From Minutocellus sp. GHC0000111 (Eukaryota), in assembly GCA_977018835.1 (NCBI GenBank), contig OZ361260.1, forward strand, positions 3,224,001 through 3,288,000: a DNA stretch of 64,000 nucleotides. The letters are read 5' to 3'. A program made the position numbers and the translations under genes. The notes under the pieces were generated by a model. The model was not told the origin of the DNA. It did no database searches and saw only the letters and a program-made list of their open reading frames with translations. This document shows positions 44,872 to 56,507 of this stretch, piece by piece (the first letter of the stretch is position 1; the number at the start of each line of letters is the position of its first letter).

Positions 44872-45157
44872 AGATGAGTCAAAACATGAGTGGCATGCAT
44901 GTTGGGATTACCTTGGCCTGGATGGAACCGTCCGAGTCTTCTAGCTAGATAGTAGACTACTATTCCTGGGATATACAAAAAATGCATGCGATGCAAGAGA
45001 AATTGCTTGTTGTACCATTGACAAAAATGATTAACTTTTATAAGATTTATATATTGTTTTTCTGAATGTGTTCAGCAGCGGGTACATAGTACATCGCATG
45101 CAAAATAGATTCAGCGACATTGCCGTAGTTATCTGACCGAATAGTACTCTCTCCTTG

Positions 45158-45265
45158 GCACAAAATTGTGAATATTTCTCAGCTGCGTTGCATGGAGTGC
45201 CTGTGTCACATACCAACATTTGACAATCCAACAAGCGCAACTTCATTCATTTCACATTTCTGTAC
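45158..45265 (-). promoter_or_regulatory. SECIS element candidate in the SelH 3' UTR
   Basis: Helix I GUACAGAAAUGUGAA/UUCACAAUUUUGUGC; core AUGAA (45246-45242) with UGAG (45181-45178); helix II GUUGCGCUUGUUGGAUUGUC/GGCACUCCAUGCAACGCAGC; apical AAA (45221-45219) and a UGUU/GACA ministem. Folded by hand. Confidence 0.8.
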
Positions 45266-45327
45266 GCTCGTGGAGATTACTCGATATATATATTCTTGCT
45301 AGATCTACCCCTCTTGGATGAGCAACA

Positions 45328-45738
45328 TTAATCCTCCAGGGCGGCAAGGACATTGGCGTTAACTTCGTCCATATCCAGTGCCTTGAGTGGGGGGAATGGA
45401 CGTTTCAAGCCAAGGAGTTCAACGATTGGCTCATCAACTCCAGACACCCTTACAACGAAGTTGCCACGGCCAGGTTTCTCGGCGTTGATCTCCACCTTGG
45501 CCTTGGACCCGACGGCTTTTTGAATTTTGCCAGCCCGGGTTTTGAATGCGCCTCATTGCTTGCATGCCTCAATCGACACCACCTTTCCACTGGTGGCGGC
45601 AGCGGGAGACTTCTTTGTGGCGGCGGCGGGAGACTTCTTCGCTGCCGCGGGCTTCTTGGCCTTGGCGGCCGATGCCTTCTTGGCTGGGGAGGCGCTGGCC
45701 TTCTTTCCAGCGGCAGACGAACGTGTGGTCCTTGCCAT
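45328..45738 (-). CDS. SELENOH: Selenoprotein H (Rdx family, CxxU); Sec encoded by TGA 45555-45553; 136 aa
   Basis: Reading through the TGA gives VVSIEACKQ-U-GAFKTRAGKIQKAVGSKAKVEINAEKPGRGNFVVRV...LLGLKRPFPPLKALDMDEV. K/A-rich basic N-terminus; SECIS-like hairpin downstream. Confidence 0.93.
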
Positions 45739-46031
45739 GGTTGATTAGGAATTCCTATGAGCCTTTGGCTTTGTGCGATTGTGAGGAGTCGGTAGTATGC
45801 GGTGCGGTGAGTCAGTCTCATGCTCAGCCGTGTGAATGAGCTGAATGATGAGGCTTGCATGATGTTTTTGAGTCGATCGAGTGAGTCGATTTTGTCGATG
45901 ACTTGCGGGCTCTGGAGGAGACAGCTTGGGGATTCACAAATAAGTTTATGCTGCAGTACTTTAGGCCATCATCTGCTTCAGGAAATTGAGGGAAGGTGTC
46001 AAATAACGTAGGTAGCTATGTATCTAATCTA

Positions 46032-47966
46032 TTAGGCCAAGGCTTCCGAATTGCTCTCACTTCGCAAGTTTCCCCATTTGCTGAGAGTCAATGGGCTTCC
46101 ACAAGCCCAACAGTACCGAGCCTTCTCCTTATGTGGTTTCTCGTCACAGATACTGCAAGCAAGCAACTTGTTCGTCTTTGTACGTCTATAGCTTCCGTCC
46201 GCTTGGCGAACATCGGTCTCCTCGTAGAGCAATTCATCTTCGAGCAAATCGCCATTGGTACCCTTCTTGGAAAGTGACTATTTGGCCTCAAGGTCGCGTC
46301 TGAAATCGAGCAGAGCGTCGACAAATGCTGTCACTTGCAACGGAATAATCGCCGCACCAGCTAAAATGGTGGCACAGACCGCCATTCGGCCCAGCGCCGT
46401 CATTGGCACAATGTCACCAAAGCCGACCGTGGTAACCTGTGAATGCAATCAATCAAGGGTGTGTTCGGGACAAGGAAATTATTTGATGTGAGTGTTCGCT
46501 CTGGAACGAGCTAGAATATCGTGCGCTGTGAGGCCACGGGAAGAGAGGAACATGAGTACACGCAGACTTACAGTTGTGAGTACAAAATAAAGTGAAGATG
46601 GGAAGTCGGTGAATGCAGGGTTAACGACATGCTCCGCCGTATACACTAGGCCGGCCGACACCGTCAACAGGGTGAAGATGGTGAGGATCACTCTAGCAAG
46701 TTGAAGATGATATTTGCGGACATCCTGTCCGAATCGAAGCCCCGTTGCAACCTGAAAGCGTTCAAATGTCTCAAAGTCCACCAAGAAACGCTGGAAGCGC
46801 AGAAGTCTCAACAGGCGTAGGTTGACCAAGAGATGGTCTTCCAGTACCTTGCTCCCGAACGGTATTTTCGTGACCAAATTTGTCGCTAGGGGTAGCACGG
46901 ACAGAAAGTCCACAATCACCAGGGGCTTCAGGAGATGCGACGGCCGCAGCCCATTGCAGTACCACCGCAGCAAATATTCGAGCAAAAAGAGGAGAGCAAT
47001 GCCATCCTCGGCAAAATTCATCACGGCATGGATTGGCGCTGGCAATCCCGCCACAGTTCCCGCGGCAACGAACACGGACGATAGCAGAACCAGTAGAGAC
47101 AGTTTGAATTCGACCAACGGCGCCGACAGGATCAGGCGGAGGGTTCGAGATCCGGGAAGAGGACGGCGCTGCTGCTGTTTTCGCTCGTTGCCGACTGTAT
47201 TGGTGCCGTCGCTGTCACCATTGCCATCGTCATTGCCAATGTCGTGACCTACCACAACTGCCGCTATAGCGCCTTTGTCGATTGCCGTACTTGCATCAGC
47301 CCCCGTAGCACTACTAGATTTGCGAGCAGCGTTAATATCACCATCAGTATGCGATTCACCGTCAACCAATAGCTCCGCCCGCTCCTCTCCTTCATCGTTT
47401 CTCATGTTGGCAGCACTTTCACGTAATCTTGTAGCCATGGAGGAGAACTTGCTGCTCATGAGGAGCCTTCGGAGCCACTTGGGGAGCGATTTCCTCCGCG
47501 TCGAGGCGAAGAGACGTCGACCCCCAAGCCTTCGGGAGGGGTATCGGTGATACCTGTATCCACCGCTTCTTGTATTCTTGCCGCCGTTTGATGATGACGA
47601 TGACTTGAGACTATCGGCCGTGCTGATGGGCTTGGCGGCTGCGTCGTCGTTGTCGGCGGCGGCAGGGCTGGATGTTGCTTGCAGCAGCAGCCCACCAGCA
47701 TGACGTTGATTGAAAATGTGGTGCTTTGTATGACGATGTATTGGTGTATGGACTGGTGGTATTCGAGAATGAGGGCTGCTGCAGGCGAAGGCGGACAAGC
47801 CTGATCTACATGGACGAGCCGCTGCTGCTTCCCTCAGGCAGACAAACGAGACAAAGGCACAGACTACATAGGCATGCGCGTAGATGCTGCCTAGCGCCAT
47901 GGTCTTATCAGTCGCGCGATGAGCAAGCAAGCAATATGACTTTGAGGAGCAGCATCCATCAGCCAT
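46032..47966 (-). CDS. 6-TM voltage-gated-type K+ channel with a C-terminal Zn-ribbon, possibly plastid-targeted; intron 46437-46571; in-frame TAG at 46280-46278
   Basis: FLLEYLLRWY, IVDFLSVLP, S4 LRLLRLLRFQRF and pore LYFVLTT|VTTVGFGDIVP. After the TAG: CSICDEKPHKEKARYCWACGSPL. N-terminal signal followed by LSA-F. Confidence 0.88.
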
Positions 47967-48211
47967 GCGTCATCGTCAGCAGGTTGTTGGGCGTTCGCGA
48001 GACGTTGAGTCGAGTGAGTCTATAATGTCATGCCGGATCTCGCGCCGTGCCATTCTAGGCCTATCAAGCATTGTGCCATTGGCACCGGCACCAGGAACAT
48101 CAATGAAGATTCTCAATGGCATTTGCTGTGCCCATCGATCAAATTACGCACGACAAAAAAAACAAAGACAGATAGAATGAAACTGAAGAGAAAGTATCAG
48201 TAGCAGAGAGA

Positions 48212-51200
48212 ATGAGCTCAGAACCATCAAATCATTCGTCGGCACCACCATCGCCAGACGAACAAGCTGAAGCTTACATGTATTGCTCACCGCCATCATC
48301 CAAACAAGAGCCGGTGCGTCAAGCCGGTTCTGATTGTAACTTATGCAGCAGCCCAGAAGTAGCCGAGATTGATCAGGCCTTTGTTAACGAAGACAGCGGG
48401 TCGAATGATCAGCAATACTCCTTTGAAGACCAGGCTCGGCCGTGGCAGCACTGGACGCTTTCGTATCTCAACCCTCTGCTTCGGCTGGGCGCACGGAAAG
48501 TTCTGGTCGTGGAGGATTGTGGCAAACCAAGTCATGACGATTCCGCCACTTTTGTCCATGACACTGTGGTGGCCGCGTGGGAAGAGGAAGTGGAACGGGC
48601 CCAGGTTGAGACGAACCGATTGCAAGAGAAAGAAGCCGAAAAGAAGGCAAGGGCATCACGACGAAAGAAAAAGAAGGCGGGTGGCGAGTTGACAGCACAA
48701 ATTGTAGCCGCGACACGACGAAAGAAAAAGAAGGCGGGTGGCGTGTCGACAGCACAAATTGTAGCTGCGACAGATGGTGACAAAAAGCAAGGCAGGCCTG
48801 AAGCTGGGCCGTCCAAAATACCAAATGGATCAATACCTCACTCCAAACCCAAGATAATTCACCCGTTACTGACGAGAGCAATCTTCAAGGCATTCGGTCC
48901 GTGGCGCGTTGTCTACGCCACCCTGCTCTTGTTCCTCTCTTCCCTATTATCGTTTGTGCCGATCCTTCTCCTGAACGATCAGGTCAAATATGCCGAAGCT
49001 CTCAATGCCGGCCTTGATCATGATGGATATGTCAACCCGTGGGTGGAGGTCGCCGGTTTGTTCATCGTCCCTCTTGTCGCATCGATTTTACTCACGCGCC
49101 ACATGGTCATCATGCAGCATTGCGCTGTGTTTGCTCGGACTGCGTGCTCTACATTGTTATTCCAAAAGGCTCTCCGTGTGTCTCCATCGGGAAGGGCTCG
49201 GACCAATACAGGCCAAGTGGTCAACATGATGAGTGTGGATACCAATGTGATCATGAGATTCGTTCAACTGGCGGGCATGACTGTTGTGACGCCTCTTCAG
49301 ATTGTAATCAGTTTGGTACTGATTGAGAAGCAAGTCGGATCTGCAACGTGGGTAGGTATTGGGTTTTTATTCGCCCTCGTTCCTCTCAATGCCATCATTT
49401 TTTCCTCGGTGGCCAAGCTTCGGCGACGAGTTCTCAAGTGGCAAGATGCCCGGGTGAAGATGACAAACGATGTTCTCACGGGCATTCGCGTTATTAAGTA
49501 TATGGCGTGGGAACGTCCTTTCAGAGGAGAGATTGGGAACGTTCGAGAGGAGGAGTTAAAGGCCTTGACCACCCTTACGTTGGTCATGTTGGTCGGGTTT
49601 TCGGCAATTCTATTCGCGGCTCCAATCATCCAAATCATCCTTGTCTTTATGACATATGTGCTGACGCAAACGCAGCCGTTGACTGCCAGTGTTGCCTTTA
49701 CTACAGTCGCGCTATTCAATATGCTGCGCTTCCCCTTTGCAATTCTTCCAATGGGGGCTATGCAGTGGATCCAGGCTCAGATTGGAATGAATCGGATGAT
49801 GAAATACCTTAGTTTACCGGAACTAAAACAGTATGTCGTCGATGGAGAAGATCCAGCAAGAGATGACGACGATGGTGAAGGAGGGCCGGCAAGTATAAGC
49901 ATGACTGGCTGCGCATTCGCCTGGTCTGATGGATCTATAGACTCTGGCAAGCCACTTTTCAAGGATATTGATGCCAAGGAGAAAGAAAACAAAAGAGCGT
50001 CGTCAAATAGGCGCAGCAGTATGCAAACAAGCAGCATATTTCGACGAATTTCGGTCAAGGATCGTGGCCGTGACAGCAAGGCCACCAGCATTACCAACGG
50101 CGAGTCGCTTGGAGATGTGGAGTCCGAAGGGTCGTCGCATCCCTTTGTCCTCAGGGATATCACTTGCCGCATCGAGCCCGGATCGTTGACGTGTGTCATA
50201 GGAGAAGTGGGCTGCGGTAAGAGTTCAATTTTATCGGCCATGTTGGGCGAGATGGAGGCTCTGGATGAGTCAAAAGTCTACATTCCTCGAGGCGAGCAGG
50301 GTAGCGATGCTGTCAATTTTACGGCATTTTGCAGTCAAACACCATGGGTAGTAAATGCGACGCTGCGAGACAACATTGTTTTTGGACGCGCATTTGACCA
50401 AATGAGATATGATAAGGTACTGGATGCATGTGCTCTAAGGGCGGACATTGCAATCTTACCATCAAACGACATGTGTGAGATTGGTGAGCGTGGTGTGGGC
50501 CTGAGCGGGGGGCAGAAGGCTAGAGTCTGTTTAGCGCGTGCTCTTTACTCGCCCGAAACTTCTTTGCTGTTGCTCGATGATCCCCTTTCAAGCGTTGATT
50601 CGCATGTAGGAGAACACCTTTTCAATGAAGCCATATCGGGCGACGTTACAAAGGAAGTTACACGCGTTATGGTCACGCACCACACACAATATTTGCATCG
50701 ATGCGATTGGATTATTGTCATGGAAGAGGGTAAGATCAAAGAACAAGGAACGTACTCTGACTTGCTTGAGAGAGGGATCAACTTCGCCGGAGCGGTCAAT
50801 GCACGAGGCGATAGATCTAGCCTGAATCAAAGTGCAAACGCAAATCCCGTGAAGGCGCCGATGACTGCAAAGGAGGCCAGCACATCTCTTGATGGGGACG
50901 ATAAAACAAATGCACAAGCTACGCCGGCGGAGGGAGACAAGCGCCATTCACTCATCACCGCAGAGGGTCGAGAGGAGGGAGCTGTGGCCAAGGAGGCTTA
51001 CTATCTCTACATCCAAGCGGGAACAGTGTTCCTTGCCGTGATATTTCTCGTATTCCAGGCAGGGGCCAAAGCCTTTGAAGTGCTCTCGTCCTTCTGGCTG
51101 GCGAAGTGGGCTTATGACACCGTAGCCGCCGAGGTCGTTGGAGATCCTCTCACTGACTCGCAGACAATGCGGTATCTCTTGATTTATGCTGCATTTGGTC

Positions 51201-52827
51201 TGTGTGGAGTTGGATTTCTGATTGCTCGGGGATATGCACTTGCCTATCATCGCCTCCGCTCGAGCCGAAAACTGCACGCAGACATGCTCAAATCCATTCT
51301 GAGAGCCCCAGTTGCATTCTTTGATGTTACACCGGCAGGAAGGATCATCAATCGATTCAGCCACGACATGGACAAAATCGATCTAGAGCTAGGACATGTA
51401 ATGTCTCAGGGTGCCAACATTGTCTTTGCCGTCCTGGGGGCTATCGGAGCCATGGCGGCAGCGACAAAAGGAACCTTTCTCGTCATTCTCTTCCCTCTCG
51501 GATGGGTCTACTACCGCATTCAAAGGTGCGATGATTGCTTTAGTGTATCTGGTTTAGATCTCACGAATGGCTTGGCGTTGCCCAATATATTACCACCAAT
51601 TTTTTCTGTTCTCAGGTGGTTCCGCAAGACTTCAACTGAATTGGGCCGTCTCTTCTCCGTTACCAAGTCTCCAATATTTGCAGACTTTTCGCAAATGTTG
51701 GCTGGCGTTACAGTCATAAGAGCGTATGGAGAAGAAGACGCTCGTTTCACCAGGCTTAGGGGAGAGTTCGATAAGAACAACCTCTGCTACTTGTTGCAGC
51801 AGATTAGCTTCCATTGGATAGCTCTGCGCCTGGACGTTATTGGTGGACTGATAAGTCTCTTTGTCGAAGCTGTTGCCGTAGGCACTGCATCGACGAGTGT
51901 CAGCATTCCGGCGGGTTGGCTCGGACTTGCCCTGACCTATTCTATTGAGATTGTAACCTACCTCAAGCACATGGTGAGAATGCTAGCGACACTGGAGGCC
52001 GACATGTCCAGTGTAGAACGCGTGTTGGAGTTTGCTCGTGACATCAAACCAGAGGCTCCGGAATTCCAAGAAGATTGTGATCCAAAGAATGAAGAGTGGC
52101 CGACGTCGGGATAAATTGTTGTTAGTGACATATCCTTGCGCTATCGAAATGGGCCACTTGTTCTCAAGAACCTCTCCTTTTCGATCGGGGGAGGCGAGAA
52201 GATTGGCGTTGTCGGGCGCACTGGTTCCGGTAAGAGCAGTCTGATGAATGCACTGCTTCGAATAGTTGAGATTGAACCAGACGGGGGCAAAATTTTTATA
52301 GATGGTGTTGATACCGCCACTCTTGGTACCTCGGCCTTGCGTTGTGGGATATCAATCATCCCCCAAGAGGCAGTTCTCTTCGCAAACACCATTAGATACA
52401 ATGTTGACCCTTTCCACGAGAAGACCGATGATGAAATCTGGGTAGCATTGGAAAAGGTTCAGTTGGCGGGCGTCATTGCAGCGATGGCGGCCGGACTGGA
52501 AACTCAGGTGGTTGAGAACGGCGAAATTTTTCGCAAGGTCAGCGGCAATTACTCTGCATAGCCCGTTCCCTGCTTAGGAAGCCTCGTATCCTCATCATGG
52601 ACGAAGCCACAGCCTCCATTGATAACACAACCGACGCCGACATCCAACAAATGATCCGTGAGAATTTTTCCAATGCCACCATTTTGACCATTGCTCATAG
52701 GCTTCATACGATTTCCGATGCGGATCGAATTCTCGTCCTCAACGACGGGAAGCTCGCCGAATTCGACTCGCCATCGGCACTCCTTGCCGCTGACGGAATA
52801 TACGCCTCCATGATGAGAAAGGAATGA
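48212..52827 (+). CDS. ABCC/MRP full-size ABC transporter; intron 51526-51615; in-frame TAA 52112-52114; 1-nt frameshift near 52525
   Basis: TMD1; NBD1 ([30 protein letters not shown]); TMD2 ([15 protein letters not shown]); NBD2 ([10 protein letters not shown], restored [30 protein letters not shown]). Confidence 0.93.
48657..48772 (+). repeat. 57-bp in-frame tandem duplication in the ABCC N-terminal loop ([17 protein letters not shown] x2)
   Basis: Two units starting at 48657 and 48714, with 3 substitutions between them. Confidence 0.9.
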
Positions 52828-53424
52828 ACCATATGTATATATTGCAACAAAAATATAGAATAGAGTTTGCGATGCAATGTCTACGCATGTTTCTATCTGA
52901 TATTATCGGCGATTTACTCGAGTATGCTCGTGAGGGGGGTTGTGTACCTCCCAGATCCAGCATGTTTCACTCTTTTTCTCAGCATCTACAAACGTACCGA
53001 ATGCAAATGAATGCATTGTTGTATCGATGCGCCTCGTAGTTGCGTCATTCAAAAAGCGAACAATCAAGCAAAGGTTCCCAATAGTATGCGCGACAGTCTT
53101 TTGATTCTCTCTGCGGGCAGCTTGCTGATGATGATTGAAGGTTTGTGTATGATGCGGCGATTGTGCGTTCCATCGGATGTTCAAATGGGTCGATTTTCCC
53201 CCGCCCCAACCGTGCTATCCCCCTCTTGGTATAAAATCAACTGCACAGCGGAAGGCCGGGGTGTTTTGGACACATTTCAAACATTCCGATTATGAAGAGC
53301 ACATCACCACGCATCGTCTACACACAGACTCGACTCAAGCCAGCCATCATCAACAACCTCAATATACAAGCACATGCACATGCGCAATGCACATCGAGGC
53401 TATGAAAAAGCCACCCTACGAACC

Positions 53425-54003
53425 TCATCCTTGCTTCTTAAAGTCCTTCATATTGGTCGTCGCCACCGTCCTGCCGAACAGCTTGAGACCGCCCATGGCA
53501 CTGACATCCCCCCCGTCGTTCTCCTCGACGAAGAACGTGATGGACCTCACCCTCTGGAACTTGACGAACTGCAGCTTGATGGGGTCGGCATCCTCCTTGA
53601 GGTCGGCCGCGGTAAGTTCAACGACCTGGGTCGGGTCGACGTCTTCCACATCCTCAAAGCCCATGTTGCATCTGTTGACATACAGCTTGACCAGCGTCGG
53701 TGCCTCCGAGGGGTCCCGCCCGGAGTTGAATTCCGTAAACTTGATGGAGTGGACCTTGACGAACTCCTGAAACTCAATGTGCAGGATGAGCTGCTCGTCG
53801 GCGTCGGACTTGCACCCCAGCCGCGTGTCGCCGATGAGGAGGTTGGTCCAGGGGTACTGGGAGCTTTCGTTGCGGGCGTAGCACTGGGACTTGTCGATTT
53901 TGTCCGAGAGGTCCCTGTTCTTGCCGTCGTCGGAGGGAGCAGCGGGAGGTGCGCCCCCGGCGGCGGCGCCTGCCGGACCGCCCATCATTCCTGGCATCAT
54001 CAT
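53425..54003 (-). CDS. PITH-domain protein (TXNL1 C-terminal/PITHD1-like)
   Basis: KSDADEQLILHIEFQEFVKVHSIKF...PTLVKLYVN...FVKFQRVRSITFFVEENDGG...TTNMKDFKK. Start taken at MMMPG, just after a probable 5'-UTR intron acceptor. Confidence 0.9.
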   Translation of the reverse strand: MMMPGMMGGPAGAAAGGAPPAAPSDDGKNRDLSDKIDKSQCYARNESSQYPWTNLLIGDTRLGCKSDADEQLILHIEFQEFVKVHSIKFTEFNSGRDPSEAPTLVKLYVNRCNMGFEDVEDVDPTQVVELTAADLKEDADPIKLQFVKFQRVRSITFFVEENDGGDVSAMGGLKLFGRTVATTNMKDFKKQG

Positions 54004-54424
54004 GGTTGCTGTCGAAAATAAGAACGATGGATGAGGTTTAGAGTAGGGAGGAGAGGGCCAGGTGAGTGATCGATCGGTCGTGTGGTTGTGTCTCTTTTTT
54101 TGGCGGTACATGCCATCCCGCGCTGCTGCTGCACGATGCGCCGCCGCTCCATCGCCCAACATCACCGGCATACAGTACACACAACAATATGCACGTGACC
54201 GTCTCACCTAGCTCTAGCTACTATACTGTAATGTAAATGCGACGCTTTGCTTGTCGGAGAGGGAGGGCCCGTCGTCGGTACCTAGGTACTACTCCTTCTC
54301 TTATTTCCACCGTTGTTTTGTGGTGCGAGACGAGATGCCGAGCAGCGGAGATTGACACGTCATTTTGTCGTTGAATGGAAAGGTCTTGAGCCGAGCTGCA
54401 GTCGGCCTCATTTATTTTTCAACC

Positions 54425-56206
54425 ATGACGATGATACCCTCCGCCGCAGACGCGCCCCGCGCCGCCACCACCGACAATGCGGCCAGGGTCGACGACAGGG
54501 AGGCGCGCTTCCTGGCCTCGCAGTCGGCCCGCCTCCAGCAGGCCGCTTCGTCCGGCACCGGCAGGTCGGCGAGAAGGGGAGATGACGACGACGACGGGGC
54601 AGATGACGAGGCCGAGCAGGCTGCCGTGAGGACGCAGTTCTGGGATGGCTTCCGCTCTTGCTGTGCAGCACTGTCCAAGGAATTGGAGGATATCGAGTCA
54701 GGAGCGATTCTGGATGAACGGGTGGATAATGGAGGTGGTGCTGATTGCGGCAATAATGGAGATGGCGGCAGCGCCATCTGCGAGTACGCCACGGCCTCCG
54801 CCCGGGCGGTCGCCTCGTCTCGGCTCGATGCGGCGCTGGCATCCCTCCGCCTCTTGGAGAGGCACTGCCTGTCCACGTCTTCGTCGTCGTCATCTGCACC
54901 AATGAATCCTGCTGCAACACCGCCATCACCTACAACTGTGGCTGGCGAATCTGATGCTGTCAATGAAAAGGGGACCAGCAGCAGCAACGAATTGCAGCTT
55001 AATTTACCCGCGACGGTACCGGATCATCTGCCCCCGGGAGACGTGCGGTTGCTCACGACAAAATTGGGGTCGTTGCAGAATCGTCTGGAAGACTTGCGAG
55101 AGGATATCTGCCCTCCGGAACTGTTCGTCTTTCGGAGGTATCGGGCTGCCATGGCCGCCAGGAGGGAGAGCCACATGAACAAAAGTGAAGAGGGGGACGA
55201 GGTTGACAATGATGCTGTAGCCTCGGTCGCTACTCGCATGGATGGTCTTGCTGTATCGACCAATGGTCCATCGGGGAGCGAAAGTGATAAAAAGGACAAA
55301 GGAGAGGAGCATCTGGAGCAGCACTACGGCTCCTCCATTCGCAATCAGAACAATTGCATCATCGAGATTACTGATTCCGAGATACTGTCCTGCAGCACTT
55401 CCGAGGAGGACGGCGCCAGTGCCAAGGCCAAAGCCAAGGCGGCCACCACCTCCACACCACTGGGTGCAGCTGATGTTGGATCTTCACTCTTGATCAAGGA
55501 CGTGGAGCGGTGTCAAATTTCCATGTGAGTTGACCTGCTACCACGTATCGCAGTGGGAATGGAATTGCTTTGCATTATTTACCACGTAGAATGAATAAGA
55601 CCTCACCCTGTGTGCTTTCGTCTCGACTTATCTCCCTAAACCACTCTTTCATTCATTCGTAGCAACCGTCAATACCAATCCATTCACATTATCAATGCCA
55701 TCGACTGCACCATTACGGCAAATTTTGCCATACCAGGACCGGTTCATGTTACCAACTGTCACGGCACAACGATATCCGCCGCCTGCCGGCAGTTACGCAT
55801 CCATGACTGTACCGCCGTGACCTTTCGGGTTTGGGTCAAGAGCGGACCGATCATTGAACATTGCAGCGAGATGGTCTTTCGGGGACATCCCATCGATGTT
55901 CGGGGGAGTGATGGTGATGTCAATGACAATGATGACACCGGGGGGGGGTGCCACTGGGACGAGGCTGCCAATATGTATCACGATGTCAAGGACTTTTGCT
56001 GGCTGAGGACGGGCGTTCCCAGTCCCAACTTTACGGTCGTTCAATGTGGCGACAGCGGCCCAGAGGAAGGATCTGGCCTTGAGGAGGGAGGAGCTGACGA
56101 GAAATGTGCTGGTCGTGGCCAGGGTCAGGAGGTCACTGCCAATGACGCTGCCATTGCCAATGATGATGATGGCGACGCCTCCTCGTCGGATGAAGATGAA
56201 CTGTAA
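54425..56206 (+). CDS. TBCC: Tubulin-specific chaperone C; exons 54425-55524 and 55663-56206; 547 aa
   Basis: N-terminal helical region (LPPGDVR...FVFRR) and C-CAP domain ACRQLRIHDC, SGPIIEHC, VKDFCWLR.GVPSPNF. GT-AG intron 55525-55662 restores the frame. Confidence 0.9.
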
Positions 56207-56507
56207 ATCAGTTTGCCCCATCTGTACAGCTACGCTGTACCTGGGCGATTGAAATTTGTAGCTGCAGTGGAAAGTAGGAGTTGGTTTAGTGCTAGAATGG
56301 ATTGAATTCCCGATAAGTGGCCTAGAAATGTGAAAACGGTGGTACATCGAAGATTAGAAGATGACTCAAAGCTCATACGACGTAGGAAATGATGTCGCCC
56401 TGACGTAACTCCTCAGACGCTCCTCTGCCGCATCTGTCACATGCCATTAGCATTGCGATCCTTCCAACGAACAAAGTCATAGCACCCTACCCTCCTCTTC
56501 TCTTCTC

